A stretch of 64,000 bases of DNA from NCBI GenBank assembly GCA_965226495.1, contig OZ245365.1:6176001-6240000 (forward strand), read 5' to 3'. Below are positions 10,203-21,565 of the stretch, piece after piece. Under the pieces are notes generated by a model that saw only the letters and a program-made list of their open reading frames with translations, was not told where the DNA came from and did no database searches. Both the position numbers and the translations under genes were made by a program. Positions within the stretch are counted from its first letter, which is position 1. Each line of letters opens with the position of its first letter. Source of the DNA: Candidatus Marinacidobacterales bacterium. Its GTDB lineage: Bacteria > Acidobacteriota > Vicinamibacteria > Marinacidobacterales > DATDRI01.

Positions 10203-11936
10203 GTGGTAACCAATCGAGACATCGGTAAAATTCTCCGTGAGATCTCGGCCTACCTCGAGATGGAAGGAGTAGGGTTCAAGCCTCGAGCCTACGAGAAGGC
10301 TGCCGATGCAGTCGAGGCCACGGAAGAGCCGGTTTCGAAGCTCTTCGTAGAAGGCGGGGTCAAGGGGGTCGCAACCGTTCCCGGAGTCGGCAAATCGATC
10401 GCCGAGAAGATTGCCGAGTTCATCGAGACCGGTAAGGTCGGCTACCTCGAAGAGATGAGGTCGCGGCGTCCCGTCGATTTGATGGAGCTCGCCGTCATCG
10501 AAGGAGTCGGCCCTAAGACGGTCGGGATGCTCTATGACGCCCTCGGTGTCCGCACCCTCGACGATCTGGAGCGGGTCGCCCGCGAAGGAAGGGTCCGGCC
10601 GCTTCGTGGTTTCGGCGAGAAAAGCGAGCAGGAGATTCTGCGGGGGCTTGCCTTTCTCAAACAACATCGGGGCCGATTTCCACTCGGTGAAGTACTCCCG
10701 CTCGCCTACTCCATCGAGCAGCGTTTGCGAGAACTAGAAGGAGTCGACAACGTGACGGTGGCAGGGAGTGTCCTTCGCCGGAAGGAGACGGTAGGGGATG
10801 CCGATGTCCTAGTGGTTTCGCGCGATTCCGAAAGAGTAATGGATTTTTTCGTAGAGATGTCGGAGGTTGCCCACGTTTACGGAAAGGGACCGACCAAGAG
10901 CAGCGTACGCCTAGAGAACGGTCTGGACGTGGATTTGCGTGTGGTCCCCGCCAAGAGTTTCGGCGCTGCTCTCAACTACTTCACGGGGAGCAAAGCGCAC
11001 AACGTCCAACTCAGACGGATCGCGCAGAAGCGGGGGTTGAAGCTCAACGAGTACGGCCTCTTCAAAGGCACCAAGGCCGTGGCCGGCAAGACCGAGGAAG
11101 ATCTTTACCGAGCGCTCGATCTTCCTTTCATCCCTCCCGAACTGCGTGAAGACCGAGGCGAGATCGAAGCCGCGTGCGAAGGGCGCTTGCCTAAACTCAT
11201 CGGCTACGGAGAACTGAAAGGCGATCTGCAAACGCAGACTGATTGGACCGACGGGAAACACTCGATCGAGGACATGGTCAGCGCGGCGCTGGCTAACGGC
11301 TTGGAGTACATCGCGATCACCGACCACACAATCAGCCTGGCGATGATGGGAATGGATGAGACCAAGCTGGCCAAGCAGATGGAGGCCATCGAAGCGATCG
11401 ACCGACGCTCACCCGGTATCCGTGTGCTGAAGGGGGCGGAGGTCAACATCATGCCGGACGGCTCTCTGGACATCGGCGACTCGTTGCTCTCTCGCTTGGA
11501 CATTGTGGGGGTGGGAGTGCACTCTCACTTCCATCAAAGCAGGGGCGAGATGACCGAACGACTCTGTCGGGCGATGCAAAACCCGCACGTGGACATCCTC
11601 TTTCACCCCACCGGCCGTGTGGTGCTGAAGCGAGATCCCTACGAGCTCGACCTCGACGAGGTACTCCGGGTAGCCAAAAAAACGGGAACGGTTCTAGAGA
11701 TCGACGCCATCCCAGATCGGTTGGATCTGAAAGACGTGCACGTCCGAAAGGCGATCGATGCCGGTGTGAAACTGGTCATCGACAGCGATGCGCACGCCAC
11801 TGCGCACTTCGGGCTTTTGCACTTCGGTGTCGCCCAGGCACGGCGTGGCTGGGCAACCGCAAAGGATATTCTGAACACACTTCCGGTTGAGGGGCTTTTG
11901 GCCTCGTTGAAGGGCGTTCGTAAGGAGCGGCGCTAA
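10203..11936 (+). CDS. polX: DNA polymerase X / PHP 3'-5' exonuclease
   Basis: HhH VPGVGKSIAEKI, AGSVLRRKETVGDAD, FTGSKAHN, C-terminal PHP domain (ITDH, HPTGR, SDAH). Confidence 0.95.
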   Translation: MVTNRDIGKILREISAYLEMEGVGFKPRAYEKAADAVEATEEPVSKLFVEGGVKGVATVPGVGKSIAEKIAEFIETGKVGYLEEMRSRRPVDLMELAVIEGVGPKTVGMLYDALGVRTLDDLERVAREGRVRPLRGFGEKSEQEILRGLAFLKQHRGRFPLGEVLPLAYSIEQRLRELEGVDNVTVAGSVLRRKETVGDADVLVVSRDSERVMDFFVEMSEVAHVYGKGPTKSSVRLENGLDVDLRVVPAKSFGAALNYFTGSKAHNVQLRRIAQKRGLKLNEYGLFKGTKAVAGKTEEDLYRALDLPFIPPELREDRGEIEAACEGRLPKLIGYGELKGDLQTQTDWTDGKHSIEDMVSAALANGLEYIAITDHTISLAMMGMDETKLAKQMEAIEAIDRRSPGIRVLKGAEVNIMPDGSLDIGDSLLSRLDIVGVGVHSHFHQSRGEMTERLCRAMQNPHVDILFHPTGRVVLKRDPYELDLDEVLRVAKKTGTVLEIDAIPDRLDLKDVHVRKAIDAGVKLVIDSDAHATAHFGLLHFGVAQARRGWATAKDILNTLPVEGLLASLKGVRKERR

Positions 11937-11948
11937 ACAGGCGGGCTA

Positions 11949-12989
11949 TTAGGGTAACTGCTGCGGATCGGATCGCTGCCGGCGAGACAGTGTGCGCAAC
12001 GTCTCGAAGGGGACCGCGAGAGAGACTTCTACGCGGTTGTCGAGCGCTTGGACTTGCACGGAGTCCAGGATCGCGAGGATCTCCGGGCCCGAGCTTTGCT
12101 GGTTCATGCTTCCCATCGCAACGAGACCGCGCGCCAGGTCCGCCAATTTCATCGCCGATTCGTTATCTTCGGTAACGCCCCGAGCGGTCATCTTGAGATC
12201 GGTACCCACCCGGCCGGAAAGTGCGAAGGTTTGGAGCGGTGGGAGTTGCATCCCCTCGGTGCGCTGTTTCGCCAGCGTGCGCACCGCATCCATCGATCCC
12301 AGAATCCAAAACGTCTCCTGCCTAATCATATCGTCCATATCGTCCATATCGTCCAGCCACTCCTTTAGGAGCGCCCCGTCCGCCGCGGAGGGCTCACTCC
12401 CTCGCCCGGTGTCGAGCATAGCCTTGACGTGGTCGGGGGTACCGAAAAGACCGATGTCACGACTGGGGAATGCCATCGCGTGCCGCTCCGTGAGGCCTCG
12501 GTTTTCGGCCGGGGGAAAGAGATAAAGAGTCTCGCCTCGGTGCTCGATTCGCTCCAGTTTTATTAGGCCTTCGATCTTGGCCAGGATAGCGCTCGGATCA
12601 AACTTTCCGGTGAGCGCCAAACCCCAAGGCCTTGGACCGCCGCCGCCGGTGCCCGCGGTTGCCACTGGCCTGTTAACAGAAAAGCTCATGCTATGTAGGT
12701 CGGTACGGGGATCCACGCCTGTAAAATCTTCAAACTTCTCCAGCTGTTCGAGGTGCCCTTGCGCTTGGCGCGAGGCTTCTAATTCCTGGGCCAAAGGGCC
12801 TTCGAGCAGGGAGGCGAGGTCCACGTAGGCCACGAGTCCCGCGGAGGCAGGCATCCAGGCGGTCGCCGTCGGAAGGCCGGCCGAGCGTGCCTCCGCCCCG
12901 TCGAATCCGAGCCGTGCCATCGAGCCCAAAACGAGCCCGCCAACGACTACGCCGACAGCTAGGATGAGAAGCAATCGATAGGGCTTCAC
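11949..12989 (-). CDS. Hypothetical exported protein
   Basis: 346-aa ORF with N-terminal hydrophobic helix, RBS AAGGAG; in-frame 9-bp triplication (DDMDDMDDM). Confidence 0.7.
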   Translation of the reverse strand: MKPYRLLLILAVGVVVGGLVLGSMARLGFDGAEARSAGLPTATAWMPASAGLVAYVDLASLLEGPLAQELEASRQAQGHLEQLEKFEDFTGVDPRTDLHSMSFSVNRPVATAGTGGGGPRPWGLALTGKFDPSAILAKIEGLIKLERIEHRGETLYLFPPAENRGLTERHAMAFPSRDIGLFGTPDHVKAMLDTGRGSEPSAADGALLKEWLDDMDDMDDMIRQETFWILGSMDAVRTLAKQRTEGMQLPPLQTFALSGRVGTDLKMTARGVTEDNESAMKLADLARGLVAMGSMNQQSSGPEILAILDSVQVQALDNRVEVSLAVPFETLRTLSRRQRSDPQQLP

Positions 12990-13096
12990 GATGAGACTCC
13001 TTACTTAAGAGCGCCTATTGAAAACAACGTGGATCGCCATTCCTAGGTTCCACTTGTTGTATTGAATTCCGTACTGAACTCCGTACTGATTCGTAC

Positions 13097-13903
13097 TCAA
13101 TACAGGCCGCCGCCTGGAAACTGTTTGCGCCTAAAAACCAGTATAGCGAAACCATGGCTCGCGACGCTCAGCACTATCAGAACCAGAGCCGCTTGAAGGC
13201 CGCTTTCCCGGGCGCCCAGAAATCCAGAGAGCGCCCCTTGGAAACTCTCGTGCGGAAGGAGGGATTGGAGATGGTAGGCCACAGTCAGCTTACCGACTAA
13301 CCCGGGAACGTAGGTCGCGACCGCCTGCCATCCGAAGACGAAGAGGAGGCCCACCAAGACCGGCCGTCTAAAGACGACCCCGATGGCGGCGAAGAGACCA
13401 CTGTAAGCCGCCAGTCCCAGGAGTGCGGCACCGAGATCGCGCGCCAGGACCGGAAAGTACCTTCCTACCTCCTCCCATCCGACGGGTGCCACCGCGAAGA
13501 AAAACGTGAGGACCACAGACGGTAGGAAGAGTATCGCCGCGATGGCCATGCATCCCGCCATCTTGCCCGCCAGCAGGCTGGCTCGAGACCGGGGTCTCGT
13601 TATGAGGTAAACGAGGGTCCCCGATTCCAGCTCGTCGACGAGAATCCCACTGGAATAGAAGAGAGCCAGCATGGGTGCGATGAACTGAAGCCCGACCGTA
13701 GCCGTGAGGAGCGAGAAGAAGCCGAAGCCGGTGACCGGAACGTCGAACCCCAGCGCCGAAACAGCCCTGAAGAGCAGCGCAAGCGCTGCCGGAAAGAACG
13801 CCATGGCACCCATGGCAAGGGTCCTTGGGGACCATAGGAGCCGATCGAGGCTCCATTTCGCCATCAGGATGGTGCCACCGCTTGCCCAACCCGCGTGCTT
13901 CAT
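13097..13903 (-). CDS. ABC-2 type transporter permease
   Basis: DELESGTLVYLITRPRSR..LLAGK motif; multiple TM helices. Confidence 0.9.
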   Translation of the reverse strand: MKHAGWASGGTILMAKWSLDRLLWSPRTLAMGAMAFFPAALALLFRAVSALGFDVPVTGFGFFSLLTATVGLQFIAPMLALFYSSGILVDELESGTLVYLITRPRSRASLLAGKMAGCMAIAAILFLPSVVLTFFFAVAPVGWEEVGRYFPVLARDLGAALLGLAAYSGLFAAIGVVFRRPVLVGLLFVFGWQAVATYVPGLVGKLTVAYHLQSLLPHESFQGALSGFLGARESGLQAALVLIVLSVASHGFAILVFRRKQFPGGGLY

Positions 13904-14817
13904 CGCTCGACCAGGTATTGGAAAACGGCTTCCAGGTTGTCGTCAGGAGAAGATAGTTCCTCTACCGGGATCCCCTCTTTCGAGACCAGTTCGGTCAGAG
14001 AGCGGTAAAAGTGGTCCGGCTCGAGCGTCTGCAGTCTCACTTCTCGATCCTCTTCCGAAAAAGAAATGGTGTGAATTCCCTCGAGCGCGATGAGCCGGGC
14101 CGCAAGCTGCTTGGGCTGCGGTGTGGAGATGAGAATGCGGTGGGGGTGTCCATCCATCAGCCTCCGGATCTCGTGTACGTTTCCGCTCGCCAGCACTCGT
14201 CCCCGACTAACGAGGACGATCTCTTGGGTCATCATCTCGACGTCGTGAAGGACATGGCTGGAGACTAAGACCGTCCGCCCCTGCTCGCCCCAACGCCGGA
14301 TCCAATCGATCATTTGCCGGCGGCCTCCGGGGTCGAACCCGGAGAGAGGTTCATCCAACACGAGCAACTCGGGCTCGTGAGCGATCGCCTGTGCAAACTT
14401 GAGTCTCTGGCGCATTCCTTTGCTGTACGTGGCGATCGGTCGATCGGCCATTTCCTGAAGCCCCACTGTCTCCAAAGTTTCCTCGCTTTTGCGGGCCGCT
14501 TCTACGGAGCCGAGTCCCTGGAGCCGCAATAAGAACCCTAGCCAGTCCCTTCCTCGAACTCCCGAAGGAAAACCGTCTTCTTCCGGAACGAGACCCCATC
14601 GAGCGGCGACACGAGGATTCGCGAAAGGGTCCTCTCCCAGCACCGTCAGCTCCCCGGAGCTCGGTCGAATCTGCCCGGTGATGAGTCGCATTAGGGTGGA
14701 CTTGCCCGCTCCATTTGGGCCCAGAAGCGCGGTGACTCCTGGCCCCAAGGAGAGATCGATCCGGCTCACGCCCAGAACCGATCCGAACCACCGCGAAACG
14801 GTGCGCAGTTGGATCAT
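13900..14817 (-). CDS. ABC transporter ATP-binding protein
   Basis: GPNGAGKST, YSKGMRQR, LVLDEP, SSH; ATG at 14817 overlaps the upstream stop. Confidence 0.95.
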   Translation of the reverse strand: MIQLRTVSRWFGSVLGVSRIDLSLGPGVTALLGPNGAGKSTLMRLITGQIRPSSGELTVLGEDPFANPRVAARWGLVPEEDGFPSGVRGRDWLGFLLRLQGLGSVEAARKSEETLETVGLQEMADRPIATYSKGMRQRLKFAQAIAHEPELLVLDEPLSGFDPGGRRQMIDWIRRWGEQGRTVLVSSHVLHDVEMMTQEIVLVSRGRVLASGNVHEIRRLMDGHPHRILISTPQPKQLAARLIALEGIHTISFSEEDREVRLQTLEPDHFYRSLTELVSKEGIPVEELSSPDDNLEAVFQYLVER

Positions 14818-15650
14818 GAGCGTATTCCCAGGGAGCGAAGCCGGCGACTCATCAAGAGGACCGCCGCCGCCATGAGTGCCGCCATAGTGAGAAGCGATAG
14901 ATAGGACGTGGAACCGCCCCCAAAAAATACGCGCGCCGCGTCGACGGCGGCGCCGACGATGGACAAAAACGGAGGCACGTCGCCGAAAGTTAGGCGGGAC
15001 GCCGCCTGGTAGGCGAAATGGCTTCCCATGGCTACGAGAACGAACCCGGCAGCTGCCAACCTCCCGCTGCGCGTCAGGCTGGATATCGCCACCACGACGA
15101 GACTGAAGTAGGTCGCCACGCATCCGCTGTACGCGAATACCGATAGGGGAAGCCAGGGGGAGTCACGAAGAAGACTCAGATCATCCGCCAGCGCGATGTG
15201 AAGGCAGAGGAGTGCCAGAGCGGGAACAAGGGTAATGCTCAGCAAGGAGAAAAACACTGGCAAGATCTTTCCGAGAAGGTAGCCGGTTCGGGAAAGAGGC
15301 TTCGACAAATAGATGACGAGTGCTCCCGACCGGAGATCGGAAGCAATGGCGCCGGAGCCGGCGTAGAGTGCGATGAGGACGACGGGAAGAAGAGAGATCT
15401 GTTGGGTGAGAAAGCTTGCCCAGAGCTCGGGGCTAACCTGTAACCATTCTCCCGCCTGAGGAAACTGTCGCGCGGCGTAGATTTGTCCTCCTCGGATGAC
15501 GGCCGGGACCCAGGCGAGGGCCAGGAGGAACAAAAAGCGGCGCTGTTTGAGCAGCCGCCCGACTCCGTTTCGCACCAGGGCCCAACTTCTCATCCATCCT
15601 TTCGTCCGCGTTCCATCGAAGCGTCGATATGAAGGCTCGTAGACAGGCAT
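14814..15650 (-). CDS. ABC-2 type transporter permease
   Basis: IASDLRSGALVIYLSKPLSR..YLLGK motif. Confidence 0.88.
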   Translation of the reverse strand: MPVYEPSYRRFDGTRTKGWMRSWALVRNGVGRLLKQRRFLFLLALAWVPAVIRGGQIYAARQFPQAGEWLQVSPELWASFLTQQISLLPVVLIALYAGSGAIASDLRSGALVIYLSKPLSRTGYLLGKILPVFFSLLSITLVPALALLCLHIALADDLSLLRDSPWLPLSVFAYSGCVATYFSLVVVAISSLTRSGRLAAAGFVLVAMGSHFAYQAASRLTFGDVPPFLSIVGAAVDAARVFFGGGSTSYLSLLTMAALMAAAVLLMSRRLRSLGIRS

Positions 15651-15652
15651 AC

Positions 15653-16576
15653 TCAGGTTCGCTGGTCCACAGCTGCGAGGAAGAGTTCTTCCAAGCTCGA
15701 TTCGAAGCGTCGAAGGTATCGGAGCTCTGCACCGGTGGCAAGAGCGGTCTCGAATAAAATTCGACCGTCCGCCTCCGGAAGGGAGATACGGAACAAACCG
15801 TCCTTTCCGGCGACGGGCTCCAAGCCTCGCGCGGCGAGCGCCGCCGCGAAACGCCCGGGTTCTTCCTCACGTACCCGCGCCTCATAGACCCAACCAGGTG
15901 CTTTCTTGAGCGAGCGGAGATCGCCCGATAGAACGAGCCTCCCCTTCTTCAGGGCTACGACGCGATCGCAAACCGCTTCGACGTCATGGAGGAAATGGGT
16001 GGAAAGGAGCACCGAGATTCCATGGTCGCGGCTCAATTGTCGGATGAGCTCGAACAGGTGGCGCCGGCCGGCTGGGTCGGTACCGCTGGTGGGTTCGTCT
16101 AGAAGGAGGAGATCTGGATCGTGAACCAACGCCGTGGCCAGCTTGGTTCGTTGGAGCATGCCGGTAGAAAAGGAGTCGATCATCCGGTAACGCGCCTCGC
16201 CGAGGCCGGCAAAGGTAAGGACATCGTGTGCGCGCTCGAGGGCGCTCCATCTTGGCAAACCTCCAGCTTCGCCGGCGAGCGCCACCGATTCGACAGCCGA
16301 GAGCTCGGGAATAAAGGCTTTTTGCTCTGGAAGATAGCCGATTCTGGTTCGTGACTCCGTTCGGTGGGGGTTCACGCGCTCCCCGAGCACGTCTGCATAT
16401 CCCTCCGCTGGCTCGATAAAACCGAGCAGGGTCTTCAGAAATGTGCTCTTGCCGGCACCGTTCGGCCCGAGCAATCCAACCACACCGGGGGGGATGGCGA
16501 CGCTCAGTGAATCCAAAGCGGTCCGGTGTCCGTACCGCACGGTGAGATTCTGAGTCTGGATTAAGGGTTGTCCCAT
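15653..16576 (-). CDS. ABC transporter ATP-binding protein
   Basis: GPNGAGKST, FSTGMLQR, LLLDEPT, STH. Confidence 0.95.
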   Translation of the reverse strand: MGQPLIQTQNLTVRYGHRTALDSLSVAIPPGVVGLLGPNGAGKSTFLKTLLGFIEPAEGYADVLGERVNPHRTESRTRIGYLPEQKAFIPELSAVESVALAGEAGGLPRWSALERAHDVLTFAGLGEARYRMIDSFSTGMLQRTKLATALVHDPDLLLLDEPTSGTDPAGRRHLFELIRQLSRDHGISVLLSTHFLHDVEAVCDRVVALKKGRLVLSGDLRSLKKAPGWVYEARVREEEPGRFAAALAARGLEPVAGKDGLFRISLPEADGRILFETALATGAELRYLRRFESSLEELFLAAVDQRT

Positions 16577-16677
16577 CGAATCTTCAATGGTTAACGAGTT
16601 TCCGGGTCCGGGAGTTCCGACCGTATGGACGCTTCCCCGGTTCGGGCGTACAATAGATCAAATCTCAAAAGGGGAAA

Positions 16678-17058
16678 ATGAGGGTCGCGTCCAATCTTCG
16701 TTCAGAGCGTGGAGAGATCCGTCTGCGTTCCCTTTTCGAGCTAGCTCTTGTCTTCTTGATTGCCTACGCCGCCATCCAAGTGGGGCCGGCGGTGGTGTTG
16801 CGTCTCAAGTTTGTCGATGAAATGGCGGTGGCGGCGAACTCGCACATAGAGATGACCGAGGGTACGATCCATAGCAATCTTATGGAGACGGCGGCGGGAT
16901 TCGGCATCACGCTTTTTGCTGATGACCTATATGTCAGCCGCAACCAAAAAATGCGGAAGACGTTCGTCACTGCCACCTACGAGATACACATCAACTTCTG
17001 GCCCAACTACATGTACGTGTGGTTGGTTCGTGATGATATCCAAGCGGCATATTTTTAG
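16678..17058 (+). CDS. Small membrane-anchored pilin-like (DUF4845-like) protein
   Basis: Basic leader ERG followed by a hydrophobic helix; RBS GGGGA. Confidence 0.5.
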   Translation: MRVASNLRSERGEIRLRSLFELALVFLIAYAAIQVGPAVVLRLKFVDEMAVAANSHIEMTEGTIHSNLMETAAGFGITLFADDLYVSRNQKMRKTFVTATYEIHINFWPNYMYVWLVRDDIQAAYF

Positions 17059-17391
17059 TATTAACTAGCTTGTTGGTGCCCCACCCGCCGCCTGGCTAGC
17101 TCCGGTCGAAGCAACCGCGTAATTTGACGGCCGACATCCGCTCGCTCTTCGCTCGCGCCTAAAACCACGGCCAGGTTCCCTTGCGCCGTATCTCAATTTC
17201 AATTCCTCCTCGGCGGCGGGCCTTCGGCCCGTTAGTTTCGCCAGCGCTGCGGGCGTCTATTAGTGGTCTGGGGCCCCCCACCCCCAGACCCCGCGCTACG
17301 TCGGCAAGCGACTTCGCGCGGGCTGAGGGCTCCTTGTCGGTCGACGATGCATCTGGTATCATGAACAACATATACAGTTAGAGGCTGACCG

Positions 17392-17706
17392 GTGGAAAGT
17401 GAAGACAAACTAAGACCGATGGTTCGTGACCTTGAGAAGAGTATCGAGCGCGCGATCTCGAGCTCGCCACAAGTGGAAGAGTGTTTAACTCGCGTACGCG
17501 ATGCCGGGTACGAGATTTCGCTCGTACTCCAAGCCACCCTGGCGTTCGCGCCCATCGGCCAGCTCGACGAAACGGCGGCTGAGACCCTCGCCGGAATTTC
17601 CGGAGAGAAGGGGGCTTCTTTTCGGATTAGCCCGCTGGACAAGAAGTTCTTGCGATCTCTCAAAATCGCCGTCGATGCCAAGGAAGACGACAAAACCCGT
17701 TCCTAG
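17392..17706 (+). CDS. Small hypothetical protein
   Basis: 104-aa ORF with RBS GAGG; C-terminal DKKFLRSLKI. Confidence 0.7.
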   Translation: MESEDKLRPMVRDLEKSIERAISSSPQVEECLTRVRDAGYEISLVLQATLAFAPIGQLDETAAETLAGISGEKGASFRISPLDKKFLRSLKIAVDAKEDDKTRS

Positions 17707-17742
17707 CGTTTTCGGGCGGCGACCGCCCTCCTGCCTTTTCAA

Positions 17743-19098
<1,356 letters not shown>

Positions 19099-19269
19099 CT
19101 AACCCGAGCCCGGCCGTGGTCCAATCCGCGCCTGGACGCGTGGCTAGATGATGGCCCCCGTCGTTTCTTTAGGCATTCTGTTTGAAACGAATCTTCCGGC
19201 ACAGAACGCGGATAATTTGACACTGTCGGGTGGCTATGGTAATCACAACTAGGCACTTAGTATCACATC

Positions 19270-21276
19270 ATGACATACACAAACCACGGTGGCCATAATT
19301 TGTTTGTTGTCATAGGTTTATCAGCCAAGAGGCCTGTTTTCTCGAAGAATCGGCTCTCCACGCTTGTCCTCCGTTTGGCTCTAGGCACGCTAGGTTTCGT
19401 TGTGTCCTTGGCTGGCCCCAGCGTTGCCTTTGCCTCCTTGGGTAGAAGCGAGGCACCCCCACCGCCGGATGTTGGCGAAGACTCTGGAGCCTTGCAAGTT
19501 CTGGAGGGCGATGTCAGTACCGATGGCGGCGAGCCGCTCGTCGGTGCGCTTATTTCCATCTTCGGCGCCAATCTCGGAGGGCGCGGCTTGATCGCGTTCA
19601 CCGACGAGGAGGGGCATTTCCTGGTGCCGGACCTCGAACCGGGTCTCTACTCGATCCGGGCATATCTTTCCGGCTTTCTGCCGTCGAGCTACTCGCGAAT
19701 ACAGTTGGACGCCGGCGAGGATGTGAGCTCGAAGCCCGTCTCCATGCAATTGGCTTCGCGCGAGAGCGATGCGAACCGTGCCGAGGGCCCTACCAGCCCT
19801 ACCAGCAACGAAGACGAGAGCATCCCGAGCGAGCCAACCCTGGAATACGATGAGAAAATGGCGGAGTTCCAATGGCTCCTTCGCCACGGAAGGAGAAACG
19901 TCCTCCACCAGGAGGCCGAAGGGCTTCCTGAGCTTTTGGACGAGGAACGCCTAAGCGAGGAACCTGCAAGTGAGACTGCCGCTCAAGCGATGGCGGCCTC
20001 GCAGATGCCCATAGAGGCAATGAAATCGATGGCCGGTGAGCTCGGGCTCTTCGCATTCGAACGAGGATTCGACGATCTCCCAACCACCCCTGGCGAAGTC
20101 GATGCCCAACTCGCCTATGCACGGTTGAACATTCCGACCGGACCTACGAGTCAGTGGATGGTGAGCGCCGAACTTTTGGAATCAGCGCTGTCCTCGTGGA
20201 TGGCACAAGCGGAGTTCATTACCGAGGTTGACTCCGACCGGCAGCTGGCCGCGGGCGTCACCTACGGTAATCATCAGTACCGCGACATCGGGAGCGCATC
20301 GGCAGGGCTCGTTGGGATGTCCTATGACCCGTCAAGCCCCGCGGGCAGCCGCGCGAGCGAGTGGTTCGGGACCGTCTATGGATCGCACCGTTTCCAAATT
20401 GGTGCAGCCGACGTGGGTGCCGGCCTCGCCTATCATTACTATTCCTATCTGGATCGTTCGAGCTACGCGGCGCCGCGGGTCGATGTGTCGTTCGCCGTCG
20501 ATTCGGACGCGGACACCCTGATCCGCGGTCTTCTGGACTACCGCGTCTCGGCCCCCGGCGGCGAAGACATGGGTCTGCTGGAGCGGATGGTCAGCGCCGA
20601 CTTTTTGGGCACAGCGGAGGGAAGACGTCGCGGCCTGCCCAACTTGACCGCGGAAACGGCGACTCGTTATCAGGTGAGCGTCGAGCGTCGGCTGGGTGAG
20701 GAGGGGGCGGTCGAGGTTCGAGTCTTTCAAGAAAACGTCAAAGGTCCGCTGCTCAAGGCCTACCTCAAGCATCCCTCTGGAGCCGGGGGGCCTGGGCACT
20801 ACCTGGTGTTGAATCAGGGGGACTTGCAAGCGAGAGGGGTTGGCCTCGCGGTCTCACGCCAGTTTGGGGGCATCGTGGGTTCGTTCGGCTATACGTTCGG
20901 GCTGGGGCGTGCTCTCGCCGAAAACGTCGGTGCGTTCCAGGCGGGCGCCGACGAACAAATGCACGACTGGACCACAAGTGTCCAGACCCGGATCGACCAG
21001 ACTCGTACTCGCGTTGTCGCGGTGTACCGGTTGAGCTCGCACCCCACGTTGGCACCGAGCCTGGTTCGCGGGAGCCAGAGCAGTCTGGATTCTCGCTTCA
21101 ACCTTCAGGTTCACCAATTGTTGCCGTTCGTGGGATGGGACAGCACACAGTGGGAGCTTATGGTCGCGGTGAGGAATCTTTTTTACGAGGACTTCGAGTC
21201 CGGGACGTTCTTCGAGGAGATGTCGGTGATCGATTCGCCGGCTCGAGTGGTAGGAGGGGTTTCGGTCCACTTTTGA
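19270..21276 (+). CDS. Outer-membrane protein: carboxypeptidase-regulatory-like domain plus TonB-receptor-like beta-barrel
   Basis: GEPLVGALI..TDEEGHF..LEPGLYSIRA; C-terminal AVRNLF..GGVSVHF ending in Phe; true start probably downstream. Confidence 0.7.
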   Translation: MTYTNHGGHNLFVVIGLSAKRPVFSKNRLSTLVLRLALGTLGFVVSLAGPSVAFASLGRSEAPPPPDVGEDSGALQVLEGDVSTDGGEPLVGALISIFGANLGGRGLIAFTDEEGHFLVPDLEPGLYSIRAYLSGFLPSSYSRIQLDAGEDVSSKPVSMQLASRESDANRAEGPTSPTSNEDESIPSEPTLEYDEKMAEFQWLLRHGRRNVLHQEAEGLPELLDEERLSEEPASETAAQAMAASQMPIEAMKSMAGELGLFAFERGFDDLPTTPGEVDAQLAYARLNIPTGPTSQWMVSAELLESALSSWMAQAEFITEVDSDRQLAAGVTYGNHQYRDIGSASAGLVGMSYDPSSPAGSRASEWFGTVYGSHRFQIGAADVGAGLAYHYYSYLDRSSYAAPRVDVSFAVDSDADTLIRGLLDYRVSAPGGEDMGLLERMVSADFLGTAEGRRRGLPNLTAETATRYQVSVERRLGEEGAVEVRVFQENVKGPLLKAYLKHPSGAGGPGHYLVLNQGDLQARGVGLAVSRQFGGIVGSFGYTFGLGRALAENVGAFQAGADEQMHDWTTSVQTRIDQTRTRVVAVYRLSSHPTLAPSLVRGSQSSLDSRFNLQVHQLLPFVGWDSTQWELMVAVRNLFYEDFESGTFFEEMSVIDSPARVVGGVSVHF

Positions 21277-21311
21277 GACAGTTCGCCGGAAAGGCAGAAA
21301 AGGAACACACG

Positions 21312-21339
21312 CCACCCGAGATTCGGGTGGTTTTTTTTT
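21312..21339 (+). terminator. Rho-independent terminator
   Basis: CCACCCGA-GAT-TCGGGTGG hairpin followed by T9. Confidence 0.9.
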
Positions 21340-21389
21340 GTCCTGCCGGTAGAGTTTCTTATCTCTTTTCGTCACAGCCAATTAGGTGG

Positions 21390-21426
21390 ATCCTGAAAAA
21401 TGGATCCTAGATCCGAAAATGCGGAT
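21390..21426. promoter_or_regulatory. Tandem palindromic sites, putative enhancer (UAS) for a sigma-54 activator
   Basis: ATCC-N8-GGAT at 21390-21405 and 21411-21426, 21 bp apart. Confidence 0.6.
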
Positions 21427-21507
21427 CGAGGACCAGACTAGTCGTGCGGCTCGATAAATAACTCCCTTTTTGTGAAGGGTTTAAGGGCGTGGGGCGGTAG
21501 CCGCCAA

Positions 21508-21523
21508 TGGTATGGAAATTGCT
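21508..21523 (+). promoter_or_regulatory. Putative sigma-54 promoter
   Basis: TGGTATGGAAATTGCT = GG-N10-GC, 43 bp before the kinase start. Confidence 0.7.
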
Positions 21524-21565
21524 CCTAATTACCTATGGTCTTAGATAGAATCTCATGAGGCACAC

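Noticed and set aside
12327-12353. 9-bp triple repeat as a phase-variation tract
   Set aside because: In frame, it only yields DDMDDMDDM
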